Shown in pieces: positions 10,944 to 20,543 of a stretch of 64,000 nucleotides of DNA (positions are counted from its first letter, which is position 1; each line of letters starts with the position of its first letter). Below the pieces are notes generated by a model. That model was not told the DNA's origin. It saw only the letters and a list, made by a program, of their open reading frames with translations, and made no database searches. Location: positions 670 through 64,669 of the forward strand of contig QHTK01000050.1 of assembly GCA_003220795.1 (NCBI GenBank), in the 5' to 3' direction. Source of the DNA: Gemmatimonadota bacterium (GTDB lineage Bacteria > Gemmatimonadota > Gemmatimonadetes > Gemmatimonadales > GWC2-71-9). A program made the position numbers and the translations under genes.

Positions 10944-11783
10944 GTGCAGCGGCGTACATTTGTCCACGCGCTCGGCGCTTCGCTGGCCACCGGCCCCTTG
11001 GCGTCGCTCCGCCCCGCCCGATCGGGTCGCCTCGCCCGTATCGGGCTCGAGCTCTATTCCGTGCGGGACGCAATGCACCGGGATCCCGAGCGGACCATCG
11101 CCGCGGTGCGCGCCATGGGCTACACCGACGTCGAGCTGCTCTGGTCCTTCGGCAACTTCGGGCGCACGACCGAGCAGGTGCGTGCGGCGCTCGATCGGGA
11201 AGGATTGCGCGCGCCCTCGGCCCACATCTCGGCGATCACCCTGTTCGTCGGGTGGCAGCGGAGCCTCGACATCGCCCACCGCCTGGGCCACGAGTACCTG
11301 ATTGTGCCGAGCTTCACGGGTGAAACCTCGCGCACGCTCGACGACTGGCGAGAGTGGGCCGATCGCTTCAATACCGCCGGGGCCGCCGCGCGCCGCGCCG
11401 GTATCTGGCTCGCCTTCCACAACGAGTCGGACCACATGACGCCGATCGACGGCACGGTGCCGTACGACGTGTTCGTGGCGCGAACCGACCCGACGGTGGT
11501 GCGTCTCCAACTGGACGTCGGCAACATGGCGATGGGGGGCGGGGATCCGCTCGCTTATCTCCAGCGCTACCGCGACCGCTACTGGAGCTTCCACCTGAAG
11601 GACGTGGTCGCCGACCGCTCGCACGACACCGAGCTCGGCACAGGAACGCTCGACTTCCGGCGGCTGCTCGCCGCCGTGCCGGACATCGACCACAAGTTCT
11701 GCTACGTCGAGCAGGAAGGCGCTTCCGATCCCCTGGCCAGCGCCAAGCAGGACTACGAGTTCCTGAAGAAGCTCGAGTTTTAG
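10944..11783 (+). CDS. Tat-exported sugar phosphate isomerase/epimerase (AP endonuclease 2 TIM barrel)
   Basis: QRRTFV twin-Arg signal; LELYSVR, FHN, QLDVG, HLKD, YVEQE. Confidence 0.85.
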   Translation: MQRRTFVHALGASLATGPLASLRPARSGRLARIGLELYSVRDAMHRDPERTIAAVRAMGYTDVELLWSFGNFGRTTEQVRAALDREGLRAPSAHISAITLFVGWQRSLDIAHRLGHEYLIVPSFTGETSRTLDDWREWADRFNTAGAAARRAGIWLAFHNESDHMTPIDGTVPYDVFVARTDPTVVRLQLDVGNMAMGGGDPLAYLQRYRDRYWSFHLKDVVADRSHDTELGTGTLDFRRLLAAVPDIDHKFCYVEQEGASDPLASAKQDYEFLKKLEF

Positions 11784-11793
11784 ACCCCATTCC

Positions 11794-13935
11794 TCAGGTG
11801 AGGGCCACGACCTCGTAGTCGACCACCGCGGGCACCTCGAAGCGGACGGCGGTTCCGTCGTGCTCGAACGGGAGCACGCGACCGCTGCGGAGCGCCTCCA
11901 CCCGCCGGATCGTCCTGCCCGCCGCGACCTCGAACCGTACCCGCTGGGCCCCGATGGGGTGGAAGCGGTCGACCAGGCCCCACGTCAGATTGGGGGTCGT
12001 GTAGTTGAGCAGATGCAGGGCGTAGCCCGGCTCCGTCTCCCACGCGAACGCCTCGAGCAGCCCTTCTCCTGCGATCGACACCGGCGGCGTCTGGTCGCCC
12101 CGCACCCAGCGAACCGTGTTCTGGAGCAGCCGGCCCAGGTCCGGATTGCCGGAGCGCCAGAACGTGCGCTCGACGTCGCCGGGGAAATACGCCACGCGCG
12201 AGCTGCCGCGCTGCCGCAAGACGACGGCAGGCTCGTCGGTGTGCGCGGTGCGTGGGTAGACCATCTCGGGCGGGAAGGCGGGATAGGACGGCACCACGGT
12301 CAGAACCGGCCGACCGGCTTCGCGCAGGCGGACAGGAACGCGGTTCTCGGGGCCGGGCAGGAGCGACGTGCCTTCGAAGCCTGCCAGCACCGGATGGCGT
12401 TCCTCGATCCGCATGTAGCTGTTGGCGGCGGGGCCGACGAGCTCGCCCGCGACGGTGAGGCCCCACAGATCGGCGAGGGCCGGCTCGCTGCGCGCGTCGC
12501 CCCATTCGTTGCGGCGCGAGGTCTCGAAGGTAGCCAGCAGCGAGCCACCCGCCTGCACGTAGGCGCGGATCTGCCGGCAGGGCTCGTCCGCCAAGTAGGC
12601 GGCGTTGGGGACGAGCAGAGCGCGGTAGCGGCCCAGCGTCTTCTCCGACAGGTCGCTCTCGTGCACGAAGTCGAAGACAAACCGCCCCTGCAGTAGCGCC
12701 GCGTACAGCCCCTGCAGATAGTCGGTTCCCTGGCGCGAAAAGGCGATCGTGCTCTGCGGGAACAGCACCGCCAGGTCGGCCACCGAGCGCGTGTTGCGGA
12801 AATGCGGCTCCTGCGCGGCGAGCCAGGCGAAAAACTGGCGCCCCGTGTCGCGCCACCGCTCGTCCTCGGGGGAGCCACCGAGCCAGTGAAACCAGGGCAC
12901 CATGCCGCTGGCCACGGTTTGGGCCATCCATAGCGTCGTCTCGGCCGCCGGCTTGGCGACGTGCCGCCAGACGGGGCGGCTGTTGCTGTAGGCGCCGGTG
13001 ACGTTCGTGATCGTGCGCCCCTGCATCACCGAGCGGGCCACGCGGCCCTGCTGCGCGCAGTCCCACAGCGGCGTGTCGCCGGCGCGGCCCTGGTGGTCGG
13101 CGTTGAACCAGCCGGCCACCTGGCCGATGCGGGCGAGATCTTTGACCACGCGGATGCCGCCGCCCAGGTTGCCCACGTAGACCGCGTCGGGACGGCTCTC
13201 TCGCGCCACCGCGTCCCACAGCCGCCATACCTCCAACAGACGATCCATGAACGCCGCGTAGTAGCGGCGGTAGAGCGGGCTGGTGGCGTCGGTCTGCTCG
13301 GGCGGCACGCCGCCGACTTTCTCGCGGTAGATCTTCTGACAGCTCTCGCAGTAGCAGACGCCGAGCGCGCCCGTGCTGGGCCAGCCGTTGGTGAAGAACG
13401 AGTCGACCGCATAGCGCTTGCCGATCTCGCGGTAGATGGCCGGCATCTGCTCGGTGAAGTACGGCGAAAACATGCAGGTCTTGAAGAGCCAGGTGGATTC
13501 GTTGTGCCGGCGTGGCTGGCCGTCCCGGTCACGCTCGAACCATTCCGGATGCGCCTGCACGGCCTCCTCCCAGGAGTAGTTGCAGTCCATCCGCGCCACC
13601 ACGCGGATGCTGCGCGCGCGGGCCGCGGCGGCCATTTCGCCGAACAGGTCGCGCGTGCCGAGAAACGCACTGCGGTGGTGATACGGGACGTCGGTCGGGT
13701 AGAAGGCCATGATCCCGCCGCCGTTGACGAGCAGCGCGTTCACCCGCAGCGAGGCCCAGTACTCGGCCCACCCTCCCACATCGAGCGTGAGCGGATCACG
13801 CTCGTTGAAGTTCAGCTGCCCACAGCGGCGCATGGTGGCGTACCAGGGCGGCGCCGCCGCCCGCCGCAGGCGGCGGATAGGGACCGCGGCCGCTCCCGCA
13901 GCCGCGGAGCTAGCGAGGAATTCCCGTCGGTTCAT
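11794..13935 (-). CDS. Tat-exported putative glycoside hydrolase (GHL6-like TIM barrel plus beta-galactosidase trimerisation/GATase-like domain)
   Basis: MNRREFL signal at 13935; NGGGIMAFYPT...DLFGEM; YRALLVPNAAYL...YVQAGGSLLAT. Confidence 0.7.
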   Translation of the reverse strand: MNRREFLASSAAAGAAAVPIRRLRRAAAPPWYATMRRCGQLNFNERDPLTLDVGGWAEYWASLRVNALLVNGGGIMAFYPTDVPYHHRSAFLGTRDLFGEMAAAARARSIRVVARMDCNYSWEEAVQAHPEWFERDRDGQPRRHNESTWLFKTCMFSPYFTEQMPAIYREIGKRYAVDSFFTNGWPSTGALGVCYCESCQKIYREKVGGVPPEQTDATSPLYRRYYAAFMDRLLEVWRLWDAVARESRPDAVYVGNLGGGIRVVKDLARIGQVAGWFNADHQGRAGDTPLWDCAQQGRVARSVMQGRTITNVTGAYSNSRPVWRHVAKPAAETTLWMAQTVASGMVPWFHWLGGSPEDERWRDTGRQFFAWLAAQEPHFRNTRSVADLAVLFPQSTIAFSRQGTDYLQGLYAALLQGRFVFDFVHESDLSEKTLGRYRALLVPNAAYLADEPCRQIRAYVQAGGSLLATFETSRRNEWGDARSEPALADLWGLTVAGELVGPAANSYMRIEERHPVLAGFEGTSLLPGPENRVPVRLREAGRPVLTVVPSYPAFPPEMVYPRTAHTDEPAVVLRQRGSSRVAYFPGDVERTFWRSGNPDLGRLLQNTVRWVRGDQTPPVSIAGEGLLEAFAWETEPGYALHLLNYTTPNLTWGLVDRFHPIGAQRVRFEVAAGRTIRRVEALRSGRVLPFEHDGTAVRFEVPAVVDYEVVALT

Positions 13936-13939
13936 GGAG

Positions 13940-16090
13940 TTACCGCGCCAGCGGGTCGGGGCGCAGCTGGAACTTGAGCACCTTGCTCGTGGTGCCCTTG
14001 CCGCCCTCCATGTGAAATGGCGCTCGGGTGCTGACCGTCGCCCACAGCGCCCTGCCCTTCCACCCGGCGCTGGGATCGTCGATCCGGCCATCCATCCATT
14101 TGGTGTAGAATCCCAGTGGATACGGGACGCGCAGCACGATCCATTTCCCTTCTTGGAAAACCAGCAGCCCTTCGGACCCGTTGCCGGTGTTGATCGGCAC
14201 GTTCGTGCCGAGGCCGAGCACGCCGAACTGATCGACCCAGGTGTAGTAGCTGGCCTCTGCGCTGCCCCGGTCGGTGACACCCTGGATCTGTGGGAGAGGC
14301 TCGGGATAGAAGCTCCAGCCCTCGGGACAGTGCTGGCCGGTCGCGGACGGTCCGTTGAGCGGTCCCTTGCATTTCCGGCGGTCGAAGCTCGCGAGATGGC
14401 CGCTGGTGAGCGCCGTCCAGTAGACGCCGTTCCGGTCCACGTCACCGCCACGCGGGGAGAACCCCTCGACGGGGACGCCGGATCGGTCGAGCGGCAGCTC
14501 GTACAACTCCGCGAGCGCCGTCTCCGGGGGGTTCGGACCGGGAACGAGCCGCACGATGGCGCCCGGGAAGCCCAGTGATGACCCCCAGATCGACCCGTCA
14601 GGCGCCGGGGCGACAGCGTACAGGCCAGCCGAGATCCGCTTGTCCTTGGCGGGATCGACGGGCTGGTCGGGCTCGACGTAGGCGTCACGCTTGCCGTTGC
14701 CGTTGGTGTCGAGGATCAGCGCGGTCCAGCCCTGCGATTTCTCCTCGTCCCCGGTCTCGTCGAACAGCTTGGTGTTGAGCCACCCCACCACGGGGCCGCC
14801 CCCCGAAGTCCACAGCGTGCGGTTCGCGTCTTCCGCGAACATCAGGTGGTGTGTGCTGAAGCAGGTGCTGATGTGCGTGAGTTTCTGGGTCTTGGGATCG
14901 TACATGGCGAGGTGGCGTCCCGCGCGCGTGAGCGGGAACAGCTTGGCCGAAGGATGGCTCGAGCCCGCCTTGCAGAACGCCGGATTGTCGGGGGGACGCA
15001 CCGTGGACGTGAGCCAGACGCGGCCCCGCTCATCGAACATCGGGTTGTGCACGTTGTTCTTGCTGGTCCAGATCGCCTCGCTGCCCCAGTAGGGCGAGGG
15101 TTGCGTCGGCGGCCCGGCCGCCGGCTCGGTGTTGGGATCCCGGACCGTGAGTGGGAGCCGGCTCGTGGTGTTGCGCACCGGATCCAGCACAGGCAGGTAG
15201 TCAGCGCTCAACTCGAGGGATCCGTAGATCGAGCCGTTGGCGTTGAGCGTGGGGTTGCGGCGGTCGGTCGAGACCTCGTCGTGCAGGTATGCCTTCGGAT
15301 CCGCCCAATCCCATTCGGTGATGACCACGTTGCGCTCGATGCCCTGCGGCCGGGGCGGCGTCGGTGGGATCGCACCGGCGGCGATCCGATCGGTCCAATC
15401 GGCGAACATCGCCAGCGCGCGCTTGGCGCCGAGCTGGCTCACGGTGCCGATCATCTGGCCTCCGGCTTGTCCCGACTGCAGCCGCCGCAGCCACGCCGCC
15501 GTGGAGGACTCGAACGTGCCGAGGGCCTTGGGTATTTCCCGCGTCCCCCTGCTGCCCAGCTGATGGCACGCCCAGCAGCCGCCCGACTTGAGAATCCTGA
15601 TCCACTCGGCCTGGCTCTTCACATTGGGCGCCCCGCCGTTCCCGTCCGCCCCGGTGGGCCCGAACTCGCTCTTCGCCGGCACGCGGATCAGGGAAAACCA
15701 GTATCCGGCCGGGTAATACTGCGCGGCCGCACGTGCGTCTGGTGCCACGACCGCGGTGAGATTGAGAGTTTTTCCCGGCGCGGCGCGTAGCGCCGGCGAG
15801 TCCACTAGCCCGTAGCCCCGCACCCACACGCGGTAAGTGGCCTTGGGGAGATCGGGCAGCAAGTATCGCCCCTGGTCGTCGGTGACCACGATCTTCACGA
15901 ACTTCGTGGCGAGCTCGCTGGTCTCGGCGATCACCCAGACTCCCGCTTCGGGCCCGCTCGGGCCGGTCACCACGCCGCCGATGGCGTTGCTGTCGACCCG
16001 GACGGCCGGGTCCGGGGTTCGGGGAACCGTCGAGAACGTGCCCAGAACGATCAGCATGACGGCGACGTATGGAGCTGTGTGCGCTTTCAT
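13940..16090 (-). CDS. Secreted protein: carboxypeptidase-regulatory-like N domain, CxxCH heme motif, beta-propeller-like C part
   Basis: Signal peptide; IGGVVTGPSGPEAGVWVIAET...YRVWVRGYGLVDS; CWACH; HNPMFD..GRVW repeats. Confidence 0.7.
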   Translation of the reverse strand: MKAHTAPYVAVMLIVLGTFSTVPRTPDPAVRVDSNAIGGVVTGPSGPEAGVWVIAETSELATKFVKIVVTDDQGRYLLPDLPKATYRVWVRGYGLVDSPALRAAPGKTLNLTAVVAPDARAAAQYYPAGYWFSLIRVPAKSEFGPTGADGNGGAPNVKSQAEWIRILKSGGCWACHQLGSRGTREIPKALGTFESSTAAWLRRLQSGQAGGQMIGTVSQLGAKRALAMFADWTDRIAAGAIPPTPPRPQGIERNVVITEWDWADPKAYLHDEVSTDRRNPTLNANGSIYGSLELSADYLPVLDPVRNTTSRLPLTVRDPNTEPAAGPPTQPSPYWGSEAIWTSKNNVHNPMFDERGRVWLTSTVRPPDNPAFCKAGSSHPSAKLFPLTRAGRHLAMYDPKTQKLTHISTCFSTHHLMFAEDANRTLWTSGGGPVVGWLNTKLFDETGDEEKSQGWTALILDTNGNGKRDAYVEPDQPVDPAKDKRISAGLYAVAPAPDGSIWGSSLGFPGAIVRLVPGPNPPETALAELYELPLDRSGVPVEGFSPRGGDVDRNGVYWTALTSGHLASFDRRKCKGPLNGPSATGQHCPEGWSFYPEPLPQIQGVTDRGSAEASYYTWVDQFGVLGLGTNVPINTGNGSEGLLVFQEGKWIVLRVPYPLGFYTKWMDGRIDDPSAGWKGRALWATVSTRAPFHMEGGKGTTSKVLKFQLRPDPLAR

Positions 16091-16176
16091 GGTCCTCCCT
16101 TCATGTCCCCCGCATCAACGCGCATCCCGCCACGTCACGGTGCGCAGGGCGTATACTTGAGCCTCGCTGCGTCACT

Positions 16177-16292
16177 TGATTGGACGCCCTGAAGGGCGCC
16201 CTCGGCGCGGGCGCGTCCTGGAAGGACGCTCGTGTACGACCGTCCTTCAGGACGGCAAGGCCGCCGAGGCCGGGCTTTAGCCCGTGCAATCA
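16177..16292. repeat. REP/REPIN-like composite inverted-repeat element
   Basis: Two inverted 31-bp units (16177-16207 and 16262-16292), each with an internal hairpin, flank two inverted CGTCC-loop-GGACG hairpins (16213-16229, 16240-16255). Confidence 0.65.
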
Positions 16293-16327
16293 CGGGTCGC
16301 AACGACCCGGGGGGGGCAACCACCACC

Positions 16328-17131
16328 CTAGCCGCGCTGAATCTCGAGTGGCAGCCCCGGGTCCATCAGCGACGAGCCGCCGTCCACGGCGATCACCTGG
16401 CCCGTGATCCAGCCGGCTTCCTCCGAGCAGAGCAGCGACACCGCGTTCCCGATGTCGGCCGGAGTGCCGAGCCGGCCCATCGGGGTCCAGCCCCCTTGAT
16501 GCCAGGTGCGAATCATATCCTGGGCGGCGTCCGGGAGCGTGTTGAGCACGCTGTCCTCGATCCACCCCGGACTGATCGCGTTCACCGTGATGCCCCGCTT
16601 GGCGAGCGCGACGGCGAAGTAGCGGCACAGCGACTCCATGGCGACCTTCGCGGCTCCCATCCCGACCCACGGCTGCCAACTTCCGGTGCGGCCACCCGGC
16701 GCGTAGGTGATCGCGATGATCCTGCCATCGTCACCCATCAATGGACACACTTCGCGGACCGCCAGCAAGAATGCCTTCGCCTGGGAATTCATGGCCGTGT
16801 CCCACTGGCCCATCGTGATGCTCATCGGTCCTTGATAGAACTCCGGTACGTCGGGGCGGGCGTTGCTGACGAAAATGTCGAGTGTGCCGAACTCCTGCTT
16901 CGCACGGCCGACCATGCGGGCGATGTCTTCGGCCCGGCAGACATCGGCCTGAACCGTGAAGCCATCCGAGCCGGCCTGCCGCACCTTGGCGAGTGTGTCC
17001 TTCGCGGCCGCTTCGTTCTTGCGGTAGTTGATCGCGACGCGCACGCCTCGCTCCGCCAGCTTGAGCGCGATGCCGCGGCCGATGCCGCGCGAGCTTCCGG
17101 TGATCAGGGCATGCTTCCCGTTGTGCGCCAT
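16328..17131 (-). CDS. SDR-family oxidoreductase (FabL/FabI-like)
   Basis: TGSSRGIG, NA, MGAAK, VNAISPG, ITGQVIAVDGG. Confidence 0.85.
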   Translation of the reverse strand: MAHNGKHALITGSSRGIGRGIALKLAERGVRVAINYRKNEAAAKDTLAKVRQAGSDGFTVQADVCRAEDIARMVGRAKQEFGTLDIFVSNARPDVPEFYQGPMSITMGQWDTAMNSQAKAFLLAVREVCPLMGDDGRIIAITYAPGGRTGSWQPWVGMGAAKVAMESLCRYFAVALAKRGITVNAISPGWIEDSVLNTLPDAAQDMIRTWHQGGWTPMGRLGTPADIGNAVSLLCSEEAGWITGQVIAVDGGSSLMDPGLPLEIQRG

Positions 17132-17182
17132 GTCTGACCTCCCCTCTCGAAGGTACGCCCCTCGTGTCGCGAGCCTCGTCGA

Positions 17183-18691
17183 TCAGCCCACCCGTGCGAC
17201 TTCATACAGGTACTCGACGTACGAGCGCACGGCGCCGTCCAAGCCCTGGACCTTGGGGGTCGCCGACTCGATGAGGTAGTACTCATCGGGGGCATGCGCG
17301 CCGCTGCCGTGGCCCAGTCCGAAGTGACCGGCCGGAAGCCGCAATGGATCCCCCGTGAACACATATCCCGGCCAGGAGCCGGCGTTGCGCGGCAGCACGA
17401 TCGGGTCGATCTGGGAGCGCCGGTACACTGTCTCCTGCACCTTGATGACCAGGGCGTCGGCGGGTGTGCTGGTGGGGTCGTAGCCGCCCGTCATGTTCAC
17501 CTCGATATCCCCGAACCCCCGCTTCGCCAGGTGTGCTGTGAGCGTCGCGAGGGACTCGGCGGCGGTCATATCGGGCACCAGCCGCAGGTCGAGCTTGGCC
17601 ACCGCCCTGTGGGGGAGAATGGTCTTTCCGCCGGGCCCCGTGTACCCGCCGACCAGACCCTCGATGTTGACCGTGGGGCGCGACACCAGTCGCTCCAGCG
17701 CGTCCGGCCAGCTGACGTCCCGCACCCAGTGCTCCACGCCGAGCTGCTTCTTCGCGGCGGTTTCGTCGAGCCGACGGGCCGCGTCCGCAACCATCGCTCT
17801 TTCCGCCGGCGAGATCGGACGTGCCTTGTCGAGATAACCGTCGATCGCAGGCTCGTTCCCGTCGGATGACACCAGCGTCGCGAGCGCCTGCACCAGGTGC
17901 CACGCGGGGCTGTCCACGCGTGCCTTGTTGCTCGAGTGAATGTCCTGGCGCGGCCCGCGGCCCCAGCGCTCGCCGCTCGAGACCAGCTCGCACTCGATCA
18001 CGCCCTTGGCGCCGAGCGTGATCGTCACCTGTCCATCGAGCCCCTGGGCGGCGGCCGGCATGAAGATGCCCACCGAGCGCCGCAGCGCCGCGAGCACCTC
18101 CGGCCGGCGCACGATCTGGGGGAAGTGCGGCGAGCCGATCTCCTCCTCGCCCTCGGCCACGAGCACGAAGTTCACCGGCGGCTTGCGGCCGGCGCCGCGG
18201 ATGGCGTGGAGCGCGGCGAGGAACGCGGCCTCCGGACCCTTCTGGTTCACCGCCCCCCGGCCCACCACCGCCCTTCCTAAACCGGGTTTGTCGACGAGCG
18301 CGGCGACCCAGGGCGGCGAGGTCCACTCGGCCGGGTCCGCCTGCTTCACGTCGTACATGAAGTAGAGGCCCAGCGTGCGCGGCGCGCCGGCGTCGAGCGT
18401 CGCAAAGATCCCGGGCTGGCCGTCGGTAGGCAGCTTGGTGACCTGCCCGAATCCCGCGTCGCGCAGCAGCCGCATGGTGAGCTCGCACCCCTCGTCCATA
18501 CCCCGGCGCTCGGCCGCGATCGACGGCTGGCGGATCCACTCCTGCAGCCGCTGCACCGCTTCGTCGTGACGCTTTTCGATCTGCGCGAACACGGGCGAGA
18601 GATCATCGGCGTGCGTGATCGGGGTGCGGCCCGGCAGGGCAAGCGCCACCGCGCCGGCGGCGGCATCCTGAAGAAACGCTCGGCGATCCAT
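17183..18691 (-). CDS. Tat-exported M20/M25/M40-family metallopeptidase/amidohydrolase
   Basis: MDRRAFL signal; MYDV, GRGAVNQKG, EGEEEIGS, AHAPDEY. Confidence 0.85.
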   Translation of the reverse strand: MDRRAFLQDAAAGAVALALPGRTPITHADDLSPVFAQIEKRHDEAVQRLQEWIRQPSIAAERRGMDEGCELTMRLLRDAGFGQVTKLPTDGQPGIFATLDAGAPRTLGLYFMYDVKQADPAEWTSPPWVAALVDKPGLGRAVVGRGAVNQKGPEAAFLAALHAIRGAGRKPPVNFVLVAEGEEEIGSPHFPQIVRRPEVLAALRRSVGIFMPAAAQGLDGQVTITLGAKGVIECELVSSGERWGRGPRQDIHSSNKARVDSPAWHLVQALATLVSSDGNEPAIDGYLDKARPISPAERAMVADAARRLDETAAKKQLGVEHWVRDVSWPDALERLVSRPTVNIEGLVGGYTGPGGKTILPHRAVAKLDLRLVPDMTAAESLATLTAHLAKRGFGDIEVNMTGGYDPTSTPADALVIKVQETVYRRSQIDPIVLPRNAGSWPGYVFTGDPLRLPAGHFGLGHGSGAHAPDEYYLIESATPKVQGLDGAVRSYVEYLYEVARVG

Positions 18692-18784
18692 AAAACGACC
18701 TCCGTCTCTACTGGTTCGCGGGAGACACGTCGGGGATTGTGAGCCATGGCGCCTCTTGCCGCAAGGGATGGTACCTTAGACCGC

Positions 18785-20029
18785 ATGGCTTCCTTCGCTC
18801 AACAGCTCGAGCGGCTGCTGCTCGCCGCGCAGGCGCGGGGGCTCGTGGAGTCGGGGCTGGCGGAGCAGCTGACGGCGCTCGCCGCCGAGCGGGAGCGAGA
18901 GCGGGGGTGGCTGAGCCTGGGTGGTGTGCTGGGTCGGCTCGGCGCCGCCGTCACCATGCTGGGCGTGATTCTCCTCATCGCCGCCAACTGGCAGCATATC
19001 GGCGCCGGAGTCAAGATCCTCGGCTTCTTGCTCCTGCTCGGCGGCGCCCACGGCGCCGCGCTCTGGATCCAGTGGACCGGACGGCCGTATCCACGCTTCG
19101 CCGAGGCGTTGCACTTTCTCGGCGCAGGCTTGTTCGTGGGAGGGCTCGCGCTCGTCGGTCAGATCTATCACCTCCCAGCCAACCCGCCGCGCGCGATGCT
19201 CGTCTGGCTCGTGGCCATCGCCCCTCTGGCCGTGTTGCTCCGATCCCCCGCTATCTCCGGCCTGGGAATACTGGCGGCGTGGCTGTGGCTGCACTTCGAA
19301 GCCGCGAATTCCGACTCACCCGTGCACGTCAGTGGGTTCACGTCCTATCTCATGCTGTCGCTCGGTATGGGGCTCGCGCTGCTCGGCGGGCAGAGCAAGC
19401 TGCGGCAGGAGGACCGCCGCATCCGATCGGTGATGCGGGGCGCTGCACAGCTCATGCTGTTCTACGGCGTCTACCTGCTGGGCTTCTTCCGCCGCTTCGC
19501 GGAACGGGCGGACACGGTCGCGACGGGCTCGCTCGTGCTGCCCTTGGGCGCCTTGGTGCTGGGATCGGCCGGCGTGGTCCTGGGGTGGAACCGGCTGGCG
19601 CCAGAGGTTCCCTGGCTGCGGGCACGGCTCTCGCTCCTGCTGGTCCTGCTGGTGACGACGTGCGTGGTCGCGCTGCTCATCGCCGTGGACGTGATTCCCC
19701 GCGGGCCCCCGGTCAGCGTCTTCGAGTTCGGTACCTCGGCTCGGTTCGCCGTCGGGACCGTGCTCGTATCGGCCGCGGCCTGGGTGCTGTGGTTCCTCTT
19801 CGCGCTCTGGTTGGTGGTGTACGGTGCCTTGTCGCGGCAGCGGGACTTCGTGAATACCGGCGTCCTGGCGTTCGGCCTCGGCATCGTCACGCGGTTCCTC
19901 GATCTGATCGGCGGCCTCGCGGATACCGGCACCCTGTTCGTGCTGGGCGGAATCGTGCTGCTCGGCACGGCATGGGCCATGGAGCGGTGGCGACGCGCGG
20001 TGGTGGCGCGGATCGAGGGGGACACATGA
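18785..20029 (+). CDS. DUF2157-type multi-pass membrane protein
   Basis: LGVILLIAANWQ..., GLALVGQIYHL; many TM segments; coupled to a GDYXXLXY gene. Confidence 0.75.
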   Translation: MASFAQQLERLLLAAQARGLVESGLAEQLTALAAERERERGWLSLGGVLGRLGAAVTMLGVILLIAANWQHIGAGVKILGFLLLLGGAHGAALWIQWTGRPYPRFAEALHFLGAGLFVGGLALVGQIYHLPANPPRAMLVWLVAIAPLAVLLRSPAISGLGILAAWLWLHFEAANSDSPVHVSGFTSYLMLSLGMGLALLGGQSKLRQEDRRIRSVMRGAAQLMLFYGVYLLGFFRRFAERADTVATGSLVLPLGALVLGSAGVVLGWNRLAPEVPWLRARLSLLLVLLVTTCVVALLIAVDVIPRGPPVSVFEFGTSARFAVGTVLVSAAAWVLWFLFALWLVVYGALSRQRDFVNTGVLAFGLGIVTRFLDLIGGLADTGTLFVLGGIVLLGTAWAMERWRRAVVARIEGDT

Positions 20030-20520
20030 CCCGCCTCAAGCTGGCCGCCGGATGGGTAGGCGTGCAGCTGCTGTTCTTCGTGGGCTGGACGCTGCGCGAG
20101 CAGGTGCGGGCGGCCTCCGGCCCCTCGATCCTCGTCAAGGTCGTGCCCGTCGACCCGCGGGATCTGCTGCGCGGCCAGTATCTCAGTCTCGCGTACGAGT
20201 TCAGCCGCCCCTGGGACTCGACGGCTGCGCGCCTCCAGCTCCCCGCTGACGCGCCGGTCTGGGTCGTGTTGCGGCGTGAGGGGCCGTTCCACGTCCCCAA
20301 GCGATTGTCGCTCGAGCGGCCGGCGACACTCGATTCGGACGAAGTCGCACTCCAGGGCCGGGCTCGCGGCCGGCGCTACGTCTTCGGCGTGGAGCAGTAC
20401 TTCGTGCCCGAGGGGACGGCGACGCCGGCCGTGAGCGACCTCACCGTGCGACTGCGCGTAGGCCCGAGCGGCGCGGCGCGGATCGAGCAGGTCTACGTCA
20501 AAGGAGCCGCGTGGCCCTGA
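20026..20520 (+). CDS. GDYXXLXY-family protein
   Basis: PVDPRDLLRGQYLSLAY, FGVEQYFVPEG; ATGA overlap with the upstream gene. Confidence 0.85.
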   Translation: MTRLKLAAGWVGVQLLFFVGWTLREQVRAASGPSILVKVVPVDPRDLLRGQYLSLAYEFSRPWDSTAARLQLPADAPVWVVLRREGPFHVPKRLSLERPATLDSDEVALQGRARGRRYVFGVEQYFVPEGTATPAVSDLTVRLRVGPSGAARIEQVYVKGAAWP

Positions 20521-20543
20521 CCGGCCTGTAGCGCGACGCCCTC

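Noticed and set aside
11794..14688. Apparent N-terminal extensions or fusions in the ORF track (964-aa hydrolase, 683-aa M16, 684-aa RseP, 571-aa Dxr, 510-aa CdsA, 972-aa Ppc)
   Set aside because: The extensions overlap upstream genes in another frame; internal starts with signal peptides or stop/start overlaps are the real starts.
16177..16309. CRISPR array or tRNA interpretation of the hairpin cluster
   Set aside because: The units are inverted rather than direct repeats with spacers; no cas genes and no T-loop/acceptor pattern.
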